From the NCBI GenBank assembly GCA_918797485.1, contig CAKKNE010000002.1, forward strand, positions 1,984,001-2,048,000: a stretch of 64,000 nucleotides of DNA, written 5' to 3'. The position numbers and the translations under genes were made by a program. Shown here piece by piece: positions 54,512-64,000 of the stretch. The DNA is from Pelagomonas calceolata. Taxonomy: Eukaryota. Within the stretch, counting starts at the first letter, position 1. Every line of letters starts with the position of its first letter. A model generated the notes under the pieces. It was not told the origin of the DNA. It made no database searches and saw only the letters and a program-made list of their open reading frames with translations.

Positions 54512-54785
54512 GATCTGGAGTAGTCCTTGTCGGCTTGTCCGCGCACAGCCAAAATTTTACGTGGCCTGATAGACGAGCCGCCGAAGCCGAGGCGGCGCGG
54601 CTGGCGGCGGAGGCCCTGCGCGAGGAGATGGCGGTGCGGCTGGCGGCGGAGGCCCTGCGCGAGGAGACGGCGGTGCGGCGGGACGTGATCGAGGCGCTGC
54701 ATCGGCGCGTCGAGGAGTTGGAACGGGAGCTGGCTATGCGCGCGGTCCAGGAGGTGTGAATCGCGGCGGCCTAATTCTGCTAAAA

Positions 54786-56798
54786 TTACTCACCATTATT
54801 ACTCCCGCCATTCGCCGCCGCGCCGGTCACCCGCTCCGCCGCCTCCTCCAGAAACTCCATGACGCCCCGCTCGACGCCCCGCAGTCGATCGTCGCGCACG
54901 TACCGCGGCAGCACGGCGTGGAGCCGCCGGCCGTCCCGCTCGAGCTGCGCGTACTCGTCGCGCGACAGAGAGCGCGTCCGGACGGACGCGGCGAGCGCGG
55001 CCGCGAAGCGTGACAGCAGCGCCGCCGCGAGGCCGACGCCCGTCGTCACGTCGTCGGCAACGCTCTCGCCCGCGGTCGCCTCCTTGGCAAATAACTTCTC
55101 GACGTCCATTTCGACGCCCGACCGCGCGGCCGCGCCGGACGCGCGCGGCGTTCTTAATGAACGCGCGCGCCGGTCGACGGCGTCGTCGCTTATCTCGATT
55201 TCCGCCACGTGAGTCTTGCTCCGCAGGGCGGCGTCGACGCGTTTTGAGGCGGCCGCGATCATGGAGACGCAGGCGTCTATGTATGAAGCGGGACCGTCAT
55301 TCACAGATATGGTGGCGATGGCGTCTTGCGCCTTCTGATCTAAATCTTCGCCGACGACCGCGACGTGCCGCTCCAGGAGGTCAGTGGACAACGCGTCGTC
55401 GCCGCGCAACCGGCACAGCGCCGCGAGCGCCACGATCGTCGACGGTTGCAAGCCGCCGCGCGCCTCGATCATAGATCGGAGCCACGCCTCGGATTTCGCG
55501 GTTCTCTTAGAAACGGAGTCCTCCTTCGATAGGAACGGCTCGAGCGGCGCGGCGCGCTCGCGCAGGGACCGCGCCGCTCGTCTCAAAGCCACGTCCGCGT
55601 TCGTCGGCGCGCTCCTCAAGGCTTGGGCGTCGTCCGATTCTGTAGAAGCGGCGAGGTCGTCGAGGGCCTTGGTCGAGGCGCTCTCGAGCTCCCTTTCCGA
55701 AGCGTCGTGCGCCTTCGCCGCAATTGTAGCAGCGACCGCAGAAACGCGTTCCGGGTCGACGGCGACCGCAGCTCTTAACGCGAGGGCAACGTCGCCGTAG
55801 TCCGTTGAATTTGAGACCATTTTCTGCACCTGGTCCACGAATTTGGCCGTGGGCCCGGAGGGCAGCTCCACGACGCCGTCCAATTGACCTACAATAGCGT
55901 CGCGCGGCCCGCAGAATTTATCAGAGAGCATTGTAACCCTCCTTTCCAACGAAAGGGACGCGTCGTCGTTTCGTAAAGCGTCGTCCAACACACCACACAA
56001 ATAACGATCGGCGCAGTCCGCCGCCGCGGCCCGAGCCTTCGAAGCGTCCTCCGCGTCGCCGACCTTTGTGAGCAGCCGCACGCGCGCCGCGAGATGGCCC
56101 GAAGCCGCCAATGTGTCGTCAAAGACCTGCAGGTCGCCCTTGAGAGAAGTGACGATGCGCCGCGCATCGTCATGGATGTCCCGCAGCGACGCCACGTGTC
56201 CATGGGAAGATAATACCGCGTCCGCGGCCTCATACATCGAGACGGCGTCCTCGTGGCGCCCTTCGCTCACCGCAACCTCCAGCTTCTTCGGGAGTTCGAA
56301 GAGGAACTCCAGCCGCTTCAGCAAGCGACGCGAGCGCACGAGCGTGTCTATTTGCGAACGCTTGTCCGCCAGCGAGCCGTTGACTTGCTTCGCGAGAGCG
56401 TCGACGTCACACAGCGTCGCATCTAAGCACGCGACGCCGGCCTCCATGGCGCCTACATTACTATTCATTTCTTGGATCGTCTCCGTGGCCGCGATGAACT
56501 TGGAGTAGTTTTCGTAGACCAGTGCCTGCAAATCGGAACCGAGCGTCCGCGTTTCTCGTCTTAGAGCAGCGTCCCGTTCTAACAAGCGATCCAGGGGCTG
56601 CCTCCTTAGCAATTCTTCGACATAAGTTTTGGCTTCGAAATCAGTTCTATCTAGGGGCTCGGCGGGCTCGGCGTCGTCGTCGTCGTCTTTTACTGGTGTT
56701 TTTTCGATGCCGTAGAAGCTCGCGAGCAGGTTCTGCGACGTCGGCGCGCCTTCATCGTCGCTGCCGCCTAATGAGTCGTCGCTCGAGTCGTCGGACAT
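54786..56798 (-). CDS. VPS51: GARP/EARP subunit VPS51
   Basis: LLASFYG, LVYENYSKFIAATETI and LKRLEFLFELP. Confidence 0.88.
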   Translation of the reverse strand: MSDDSSDDSLGGSDDEGAPTSQNLLASFYGIEKTPVKDDDDDAEPAEPLDRTDFEAKTYVEELLRRQPLDRLLERDAALRRETRTLGSDLQALVYENYSKFIAATETIQEMNSNVGAMEAGVACLDATLCDVDALAKQVNGSLADKRSQIDTLVRSRRLLKRLEFLFELPKKLEVAVSEGRHEDAVSMYEAADAVLSSHGHVASLRDIHDDARRIVTSLKGDLQVFDDTLAASGHLAARVRLLTKVGDAEDASKARAAAADCADRYLCGVLDDALRNDDASLSLERRVTMLSDKFCGPRDAIVGQLDGVVELPSGPTAKFVDQVQKMVSNSTDYGDVALALRAAVAVDPERVSAVAATIAAKAHDASERELESASTKALDDLAASTESDDAQALRSAPTNADVALRRAARSLRERAAPLEPFLSKEDSVSKRTAKSEAWLRSMIEARGGLQPSTIVALAALCRLRGDDALSTDLLERHVAVVGEDLDQKAQDAIATISVNDGPASYIDACVSMIAAASKRVDAALRSKTHVAEIEISDDAVDRRARSLRTPRASGAAARSGVEMDVEKLFAKEATAGESVADDVTTGVGLAAALLSRFAAALAASVRTRSLSRDEYAQLERDGRRLHAVLPRYVRDDRLRGVERGVMEFLEEAAERVTGAAANGGSNNGE

Positions 56799-57162
56799 TT
56801 GCTGCGCGTGGGCGCCTGGGCAGGGCTGTGTAGCGAGTATCTCAACGCGGTTTCGCGATCGCTGCTGCAATAGTGAGTCTGAGGGCTACCAAATGAGAAA
56901 ACGGAGCAGTCTGCGCGCCTTTCTGGCGTCTCTATGCCAAAAAAAGTGCTTGCTAGTGTCTTTACGCGACGCTAGCCCCGGTTTTGTGCAGCAATTTGAG
57001 GCAAAACACACGCGCGCCGCAGCCGCGGTTGCGTGCGTAGAGCAGTTTCGGGCGCAGACACCACCGCTGTCCAGCGCAGCGCCGACCGACCGGTCATAAC
57101 TACGTGCTTTTGGCCTTTTGGCAAGGTCTCACATCACCGCTGCAGAGCGGTGCCAAACTCAC

Positions 57163-59553
57163 ATGGCCGAGCCCCACCCCTGGCAGCCCGACGCGGCGCC
57201 CTTCGTCGCGCAGCTCCTCAAACATCTGGACGCGGGCACGCTGCCGAGCGAGGTGAATCCATTACCGCACGTCGCGCGGGGCCGCGGCCACGGCGCGGCG
57301 AGGGACGCATCAACATTATACGCGCCGCACGTTTTGGAGGAGTGCCTCGCCGGCGCGCGCGAGGAGCGCCAACGACGTGAAAGGCGGCGCGTCAAGGTGA
57401 TTGTGGTGGAAACGACGCCGATCGGCGACCACAATTTGCGGTTCGCGCTCCTCAAGAAGAAGGGGTCTGATGGAGACGAGCTCTTCAGCGACCGCGTCGC
57501 GTTACTGGGAAGGAGCAATCGAAATGAAGCGCACTGCGTCGTCGTGCCGACAAGGGAGGCTTCGAGTCTCCATTCCACCAAGAGTTCGGGCAAGACATGT
57601 AGGGTGGCGTTCCTGGGGAACGGCGTGTTTATCAGAGGCGCGACGTTAGATGTAGAGTTACGCCTCGACGCTCTACCGGCATTCAGGGAGAACTCGGCCC
57701 TGCAGACGCTCGAGAACATCAATCAAAGCCTGCTCGCTCCGTTATTAGCTCATACCACGGAAACGCCAAAAGCTGCGCCGCGCACGCCAGCTCCCCTCTG
57801 GCAGGCCCTGCGGTCTTCTTCAAACGCGTCGCAGTTCGCGGCCATCGCTGCTGGTGCTGATGCTACACCCTTCGCGCTCGTGCAAGGGCCGCCGGGCACG
57901 GGCAAGACGCGCACGATCCTGGGGGTCTGCGCCGCTTTATTACATGGTGATCTCGCGGAGCCGCCGCCTCCACAAAGAAGTCGGCGGGGCCCGGGCATGC
58001 TCTCATCACAAACGTCGATGCGCGCGACGACGCGGATTAACGCCCCTGGTGGTTTACTTCAAGCCGCAGAACGGTCGCGGCGCATTCTGGTGACGGCGCC
58101 GTCGAACGCGGCCGTCGACGAGGTCGCGGCGCGGTTCGTAAGGGAGGGCGTGCCGGGGCCCGACGGGCGCATTAGGCGTGTTCGGTTATGTAGGGTGGGT
58201 ACCGTGGGCGGGAGCCATCGCACCGAAGCGACGCCGCACGAGGCGTTGTTAAGGGGCTACACGTTGGACGTGCTGGCGGAGCGGCAGGCGGGACGAAGAG
58301 CGGAAAGAGTCACGTCGGCTTTATTACAGGCCGACATTGTAGTTGCCACTTTATCAGGGTGCGCGCATTCTTCGCTAGCCGAGGCGCAACAATCCATCGC
58401 GCCGGAGCCGTTGTTTGATGCCGTTGTGGTGGACGAGGCGGCGCAAGCCGTCGAACCTTCTACATACATACCGCTGCGCTACGGCCCGAAGCGTGTCGTG
58501 TTAGTGGGCGACCCGGCGCAGCTCGCCGCGACACTACTGTCGCCGGCGACGGAGCGCGCGGGCTACGGGCAGTCGCTGTTTGAAAGACTGTGGCGCGGCG
58601 GCCACCCTACTTCTTTATTACGCACGCAATACCGCATGCAGCGGGACCTCTGCGATCTTGTTTCAAGGCGCTTCTACTCCGGGTTGCTGACGAGCGCGGA
58701 CCGCGTCACGAGCCAGTCTCATTCATTACCGCCCGCCTTGACGGCGCTCGGTAGGACACATAGTGCGCCGCTCGCCTTCCACGACGTCACGAGCGGTGAA
58801 TCAAGAAGGCCAGACGGCCGTTCCTGGGCGAACGCGGCGGAAGCGCGCGTATGTGCGAGATTGGCAGGGGACATCGTGCGGACGACGTCACTCTCCGTGG
58901 GCGTCGTCGCGCCCTACCGCGCTCAATTAACCGAGCTCCGCAACGCGTTGAGAGGTATTAATGGAGACGTCGAGGTCTCGACGGTCGACGCGTTCCAGGG
59001 GCGCGAGAAGGATGTCGTGATTGTGTCGTGCGTTCGGGCGCCGTCCCACGGACGCGACGTCGAGTCGATCGGGTTCCTCGCGGACCGGCACCGGCTCAAT
59101 GTATTACTGTCGCGAGCTAGATTGGCGTGCTGGGTCGTCGGCCACGCGTCGACATTGAGGCGCAACGACGACTGGAGGGCGTTGGTCGAGGCCGCCGAGC
59201 GCGCCGGGGCGCTGTTTTCCGAAGACCGGCCCCGCAAGAAGAAACGGCGGTCGCCGCCGCCGGCGTCGCCTCCCGCTAAGTCGCCCACAAAGCGGTCGAC
59301 GCCCTGCCGCGCCGCGCGCGCCGCGCTGCCGTCGAACGTCGTCGCCGCCGTCGCGCCGCCGCCGCGCTCGTCCGAGCGCACGGCCGCGATCCGCCGGGCG
59401 CGCGAGGCCGAAGCTAGAGGCGAAGTCATCGACGTCGACGCCCCGCCGGAGGTCATCGTCATCCAGGACTCGGACCCGGAGAGCGAGGCCGAGCTGATCT
59501 GCCGGCCGCGGAAGGTGGGGAAGAAGAAAAAGAAGCGACGGCGGACTCGCTAG
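57163..59553 (+). CDS. SEN1/UPF1-like superfamily-1 helicase
   Basis: QGPPGTGKT, APSNAAVD, DEAAQ, GDPAQL, QYRM, TVDAFQGRE and RLNVLLSRA. Confidence 0.92.
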   Translation: MAEPHPWQPDAAPFVAQLLKHLDAGTLPSEVNPLPHVARGRGHGAARDASTLYAPHVLEECLAGAREERQRRERRRVKVIVVETTPIGDHNLRFALLKKKGSDGDELFSDRVALLGRSNRNEAHCVVVPTREASSLHSTKSSGKTCRVAFLGNGVFIRGATLDVELRLDALPAFRENSALQTLENINQSLLAPLLAHTTETPKAAPRTPAPLWQALRSSSNASQFAAIAAGADATPFALVQGPPGTGKTRTILGVCAALLHGDLAEPPPPQRSRRGPGMLSSQTSMRATTRINAPGGLLQAAERSRRILVTAPSNAAVDEVAARFVREGVPGPDGRIRRVRLCRVGTVGGSHRTEATPHEALLRGYTLDVLAERQAGRRAERVTSALLQADIVVATLSGCAHSSLAEAQQSIAPEPLFDAVVVDEAAQAVEPSTYIPLRYGPKRVVLVGDPAQLAATLLSPATERAGYGQSLFERLWRGGHPTSLLRTQYRMQRDLCDLVSRRFYSGLLTSADRVTSQSHSLPPALTALGRTHSAPLAFHDVTSGESRRPDGRSWANAAEARVCARLAGDIVRTTSLSVGVVAPYRAQLTELRNALRGINGDVEVSTVDAFQGREKDVVIVSCVRAPSHGRDVESIGFLADRHRLNVLLSRARLACWVVGHASTLRRNDDWRALVEAAERAGALFSEDRPRKKKRRSPPPASPPAKSPTKRSTPCRAARAALPSNVVAAVAPPPRSSERTAAIRRAREAEARGEVIDVDAPPEVIVIQDSDPESEAELICRPRKVGKKKKKRRRTR

Positions 59554-59645
59554 CCTTGTTGTAATGTGTTTGGTATCAGAGTCACACAGTCAATACTTAG
59601 CGAAACGAAAGCGCGCGACAGGGTTATACTCGGAACGAGTCCCGC

Positions 59646-60674
59646 TCAGCGCCCAGGTTGAGGTGGAGGAGGCGGCCGCGGCGGAAAAGCGCGGCCGCCC
59701 AGGCCGCACTGCCGCGCGTGCGCCACCCACGCGAGCGCCGGTGGGCTTCCGCGCGGCCCGAAGCCGAACGCCTTGCCACAAGGGCATGCCCACGGTAAGG
59801 CTACCGTTGGCGCGAAGAGGGGCAGGCCGGGCAGCGACCCCGCGCGCGGCCGTGGCAGGAGCGGCAGGCCGGGCGGCGACATTGAGTTCGCGCGCGGGCG
59901 TTGGAAAAGGAGGCCCGGCGACGGCGTCGCGACCGGCAGCGGCATCGGCGACGTACTCGCGGCGCGCGGCCGCTTGGCGACGGGCAGCGGCGTCCGCGAC
60001 ACGACGACGCGCGGCGGCGGCGGCGTCGGCACCCGCGGCGGCGTCGGCACGGGAGACTTCGCCTTTGGCACGGGTCGCGCCCGCGCCGGCGTCCAGGCGC
60101 GCACGGTTAGTACTTTGTCGCCCGCTTTTTTCACGTCCTTGGGCTCGAGGCCCACGGTCTGCCCGGCGACGCTCCGCTCGTAGCGCTGCGCGCCCTTGCA
60201 GACGTGGTTCGCCTTGGGCTCGCCGCAGCGCGAGCAGCGGTAGCGGCCGCGTGGGCGCGCCGGGTCCGGCGTCACGATGGCGACGGGCGGCGGCGGCGGC
60301 GGCGGCGTTTCCTTGCGTTTCGGGTCGAGCGCGTTGAGCGCCGCCAGGGCGCGCGACGCCGCGTTGTCGTCGCGCGGCGGCGGCGCCTCGGAGACGCCCG
60401 CGAGGACGGCCGCTGCGTCCACGAGCGACGGCGTGCGCTGGTGGCGCTTGCGCTTGACCACTTGCGGCGGCGAGTCCTCGGCGGCCAGCGACTGCGCGGC
60501 GCGCCCGAGCACCGTGGCCGCCTCCCTCATCAGGGCGTCGACGCCGTCTTCCTCCACCGGTATCGTTTCTACGGCGTTCGGTGACTCCTCGGAGCGGCTG
60601 CGGCTGCGGCCGGCCTCGCAGATGGCCGAAGCGATGGCGTCGACGCGCGCGTGGGTTGGGGGCTCGATGTCCAT
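59646..60674 (-). CDS. Pro-rich protein with Cys/His zinc-binding motifs
   Basis: YRCSRCGEPKANHVC and CPCGKAF..HARQC. Confidence 0.6.
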   Translation of the reverse strand: MDIEPPTHARVDAIASAICEAGRSRSRSEESPNAVETIPVEEDGVDALMREAATVLGRAAQSLAAEDSPPQVVKRKRHQRTPSLVDAAAVLAGVSEAPPPRDDNAASRALAALNALDPKRKETPPPPPPPVAIVTPDPARPRGRYRCSRCGEPKANHVCKGAQRYERSVAGQTVGLEPKDVKKAGDKVLTVRAWTPARARPVPKAKSPVPTPPRVPTPPPPRVVVSRTPLPVAKRPRAASTSPMPLPVATPSPGLLFQRPRANSMSPPGLPLLPRPRAGSLPGLPLFAPTVALPWACPCGKAFGFGPRGSPPALAWVAHARQCGLGGRAFPPRPPPPPQPGR

Positions 60675-61165
60675 GGTTCTGGTGGTTTCGCGTGCCGGCT
60701 GCCCCTTGTCCCGGCGGTGTCCGCTGCGGCCCAAAGTCTCCGCGCGCGGTCAGCTCACTCAGGGGACCACGCTGCAGCGTTTTCCCGCCCTAGTTCGGGC
60801 CACGGCGTGAGCACGAGGGGCCTTCGCACAGCGAAAATTTATCGGGTGCTCTGCCTCGGACCGGTTGTGGTAAAGTTGCCTTTTTGAACCGGTTCAAGTT
60901 CGCGCAGCACCTCTAAGAACGGGGTTCTCGCAAGGGCGAGCCCCCGCTGGAGTCCTGAGACCAAACCCGACCCAAAACGCAGAAGCCGCGCGGTGGCGCA
61001 TGAGCAGGCTGCCAAAATCCTAGTCGCCGAGCGATTCCCCTCACGACGAAGCTCAAGCACGCGCAAGGCAGCTGTCGGAGGTCGATGCACCGAAAATCCA
61101 GTCCAACAAGGCCCTCTCAACGACGTGGCGCGCGGCCCTCGCGTCCCTTAGTTACCACATCGTTA

Positions 61166-63046
61166 CTATTCCTCTAAAAAGCGCAGGTCCACGAGTTCCC
61201 CCGAGCCGTCGAAGCGACGCTCCACAGCTTTTGACCGATGCGCAATGCGCACGGCACCATTCTCGAAGCGGAGCCCGACGTCCGCCGGGAACAAGCGCAT
61301 GCCATTCTCCTCGCGCGCGCCGGCCCAGGCGTCGGTCGCCCAGCGCGGCGGCGTCGGCTGCGAGCGCCGGAGCCGGAGCCCGAACGCGCCGAGCCGTATT
61401 ACTTGAAAGCCAAGCATGCACGTCCAAGCAGCGCCAATACCGAGACCAACACGCTCAATGACGGAGAACGCTGTGACCATCGCCGCGGCATTTATCGCGT
61501 AGAACGTCGATAAAAATCCAAGATCGCGCTTGGCGAGGAGGGCTCCTTCCATCGCACACATGGGCGCGAGGCACGCGACGCACGCCGCCGCGAGCGGGGC
61601 CAGTCCGCGCAGCCGCTGCACGACAGCCGCGTCGGCCGTGAATATCGCACCCGAAGAATAGAGCGCCGCCGTCGCCGCGAGCGCCGACCCCACGCCGACG
61701 CCGACGCCTACTTTGAGTAATCGTCGCGTGAGGGGCCACTTCTGCCGCGCGCCGGGCAAAAAAGCCTGCCCGATTTGGGAGCCAACTTCCGCGAACGGCC
61801 AAAAGGCCCAGTACAATCCCATGAGGATCCTATGCGCGGCCGTGGCGGCGACGCCGTCGGCCGTGGCGACGTGTGCTAACGTTGAGTACGCGGCGATTTT
61901 GCCTAAAAGCGTCACCACGAGTGGCCTCGCGTAGCGCGCGAACGTCTTCACTTCATTGCGCGATGGCAGCAGGCGCCTGGCCGCCTTTGATATCGTCGGC
62001 AGGCGCCGCCGCGCGGACGTGAGGAGCGCAGCGGCGACGAGCGCCTCCGAGACGACCGTGGCCGCGGCCGCGCCGGCGACACCGCGGCCCAGGCCGCACA
62101 CCAGTAGGATGTCGAGGCCGAGATTCAGAGCGCCCCCAGCGAGCAGTGCCAGGAGCGGAGTTATGGCATCCTTCGAGGCGAGGCAGAAGGCGACCGACAC
62201 CTTGCAGAGGAGCGCGAACGGCGCGCCGACGGCCCTCACGCGCGCGTAGGCGAACGCCGGCGCCACTATCGCGGCCGACTGCCGCGCGGTGTATCTCGCG
62301 AGCAGCTGCCTGCCGAAAACGAGCTGGGCGGACGCGGACGCGACGCCGCAGACGACCGCCAGGCGCACGGCGCTTGCGAACAGAGAAGCGACATCCTTAT
62401 CTTCGGCGAGCGCCGTCGCGATCAGGTTCGTCGTGGCCACCGAGAGGAAGCTGAAAAGATACGCAGCGTTGTCGCCGATCAAGGTACCGGGGCCCAGCGC
62501 TGCCAATTCGAGCGCCGTCGGGCTGCTGCGGCCGACCACGGCCGTGTCCACCAGCGTCAGCATGGGTGAAATGAGCCACGCGCCGAGCGTCGGGGCGGCG
62601 AACTTTGCCAGCGTCCGGGCGGACGGCAGGTCGCCGCGGGACTCGACGGCGATCCGGAGGCGCGGCTTCCGCGGCGAGACCTTGCGACCGTCGCGCGTCG
62701 TCCGCAGCGTCACGCGCACGCGAGATTCGTCGCTCTTAAACGTGGTGCGCAGATGCCATTCGTCCTTCGTCTGTCGGTCGTCGTCATCAAAGACGCAGGC
62801 GTCGTCGGACGCGACGAGCCGCCCCGCGTCCACGATTGATGTGGACCGCTCGACCGGCGTGACGAAGGTCCGCTCGAGGACGTCCCCGTCCAGGCGCTCG
62901 CGCGACGTGAGCTCGTAACCGGCGGGCGCCGTGCCGCCCTCTACGTCGAACTCGCGCTGCCAGCCGGCCCAGGTGCCACCAACGAGCGTCCGGCCCGGCG
63001 GCGCGAGCGCGCGCGCGCACGCACACGCGAGAAAAAGCCTCATCAT
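61166..63046 (-). CDS. MATE transporter (plant DTX/EDS5-like) with N-terminal extension
   Basis: PMLTLVDTAVVG, LAALGP, FLSVATTNLIA and AAHRI. Confidence 0.88.
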   Translation of the reverse strand: MMRLFLACACARALAPPGRTLVGGTWAGWQREFDVEGGTAPAGYELTSRERLDGDVLERTFVTPVERSTSIVDAGRLVASDDACVFDDDDRQTKDEWHLRTTFKSDESRVRVTLRTTRDGRKVSPRKPRLRIAVESRGDLPSARTLAKFAAPTLGAWLISPMLTLVDTAVVGRSSPTALELAALGPGTLIGDNAAYLFSFLSVATTNLIATALAEDKDVASLFASAVRLAVVCGVASASAQLVFGRQLLARYTARQSAAIVAPAFAYARVRAVGAPFALLCKVSVAFCLASKDAITPLLALLAGGALNLGLDILLVCGLGRGVAGAAAATVVSEALVAAALLTSARRRLPTISKAARRLLPSRNEVKTFARYARPLVVTLLGKIAAYSTLAHVATADGVAATAAHRILMGLYWAFWPFAEVGSQIGQAFLPGARQKWPLTRRLLKVGVGVGVGSALAATAALYSSGAIFTADAAVVQRLRGLAPLAAACVACLAPMCAMEGALLAKRDLGFLSTFYAINAAAMVTAFSVIERVGLGIGAAWTCMLGFQVIRLGAFGLRLRRSQPTPPRWATDAWAGAREENGMRLFPADVGLRFENGAVRIAHRSKAVERRFDGSGELVDLRFLEE

Positions 63047-63460
63047 CCCGACCGTCGCGGCGTCCCGCCGGCGGCCTCTTCCAGCTCCAGGTCGTTCCAG
63101 CGCTCCGGCTCCTTCTCCGTGAGGACGTCGCCCGAGTCGACCTCGCCTGTGTAGTAGTATTATGGTCAGAGGAGTATTGAGGGGTAGGAATGTGTGCGAT
63201 GTAGAGCGAGGGTCCTCGGCGATCTTGGTGATTGAAAAAGGTCGTCATCGCGACGCTCGAGAGTAGCAAATATGTTGTGTTCGTCAGCGGACCCAATTAT
63301 GATGCATGTGACGCTGGGGATAGGCACCTTCGTCGCCGAAGGTTTCGCCCGCGGGCAGCTCGACCTCGTCGTCACTCAAGCAGTCCTCGGCCCAGGCCTC
63401 GTCCACCACCTCGTGGACCTTCTTCCACTCGCAGAGCTTGCTGAAGTTGCTGTCGGACAT
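63043..63460 (-). CDS. APC13: Anaphase-promoting complex subunit 13 (two exons; intron 63147-63327)
   Basis: Spliced MSDS..VVDEAWAEDCLSDDEVELP..EPERWNDLEL matches the Apc13 DxW..D.L and WxDL motifs. Confidence 0.78.
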
Positions 63461-63964
63461 GGTCTTTGCTGTGCGCGGCGGCGGCGTGCAGGGGCTGTTA
63501 CACGCGGCGCGGCGGGCTAAGCGATCGCAGCGCTGCCCGTGCGATTGCTGCGGACCCCTTCGACACCTGCAAGCTCAGCGAGCGCGTCGACGCAGCGTTT
63601 TTAGCCTGCTTGCTTTGCTTGCCCGGCTTTGCGGCTAGTGTGTCACGGCGCTAGCGCACGGCGCGTCCACAGCCAGTTTCGGGCGCTCTGTCACGACTCG
63701 AGGCGGCTGACGACGTCTGAATTCAAACTTTTGCAGCCCGCCTCTCCAGCCAAGCCTCCGTCTTCGCAAACCCCATCTCAGCTCCGTGCTCACTCGCTGT
63801 CGCAGCGATTGCAGTTGACAGCTAGCTGAGTGCTACGTCGTCGCGTGCTTGCGCTGCAGCTTTGAAATCGTCGCTTGCATCGCTGCGCAACACGCCTTGC
63901 AAGCTTTGCTGCACAGCCTATTAACAAAAACCAGCCGCCCGCGGCCGCAGAACTCGCAAAAACC

Positions 63965-64000
63965 ATGTCGAACATGCTCGAGGACGAGCGCTTCGACGGC
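63965..64000 (+). CDS. Start of a gene, possibly NudC (partial)
   Basis: MSNMLEDERFDG resembles the NudC N-terminal ERFDG; only 12 codons are visible. Confidence 0.4.
   Translation, partial: MSNMLEDERFDG

Noticed and set aside
54535..54759. Short ORF with a 39-bp tandem repeat (RLAAEALREE x2)
   Set aside because: No ATG start or recognisable family; possibly a gene remnant.

Overview
Gene-dense, GC/CpG-rich eukaryotic nuclear DNA, most likely from a pelagophyte alga (Pelagomonas/Aureococcus-like; inferred from composition, plastid/mitochondrial-type leaders and intron type). It holds about 40 protein genes, including NRT2, organellar ValRS, GrpE, NDUFS6, CacyBP, an acyl-CoA synthetase, SCAPER, VPS51, a SEN1-like helicase, a MATE transporter and APC13, plus three tRNA genes. 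Main observations: (1) tRNA-Leu(CAA) and tRNA-Phe(GAA) each carry an intron at a non-canonical position (13/14 and 8/9). Both introns fold into archaeal-type bulge-helix-bulge-like motifs and split the Pol III A box. (2) Most spliceosomal introns look like introner transposons, with CTGTG..CACAG terminal inverted repeats, 8-bp target duplications and an AG|GY exon restart; one family acts as an intron in both orientations. (3) An aldo-keto reductase gene is split by a ~3.1-kb insert, bounded by inverted repeats, that carries an intact inverted copy of the same gene. (4) Two small conserved ORFs (APC13, LYRM5) abut the next gene start like bicistronic units. (5) A CTAG-TGT..CG-CTAG motif recurs in promoter regions. 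All exon junctions were deduced by eye from reading-frame restoration, and all protein calls come from recognised motifs, not database searches.
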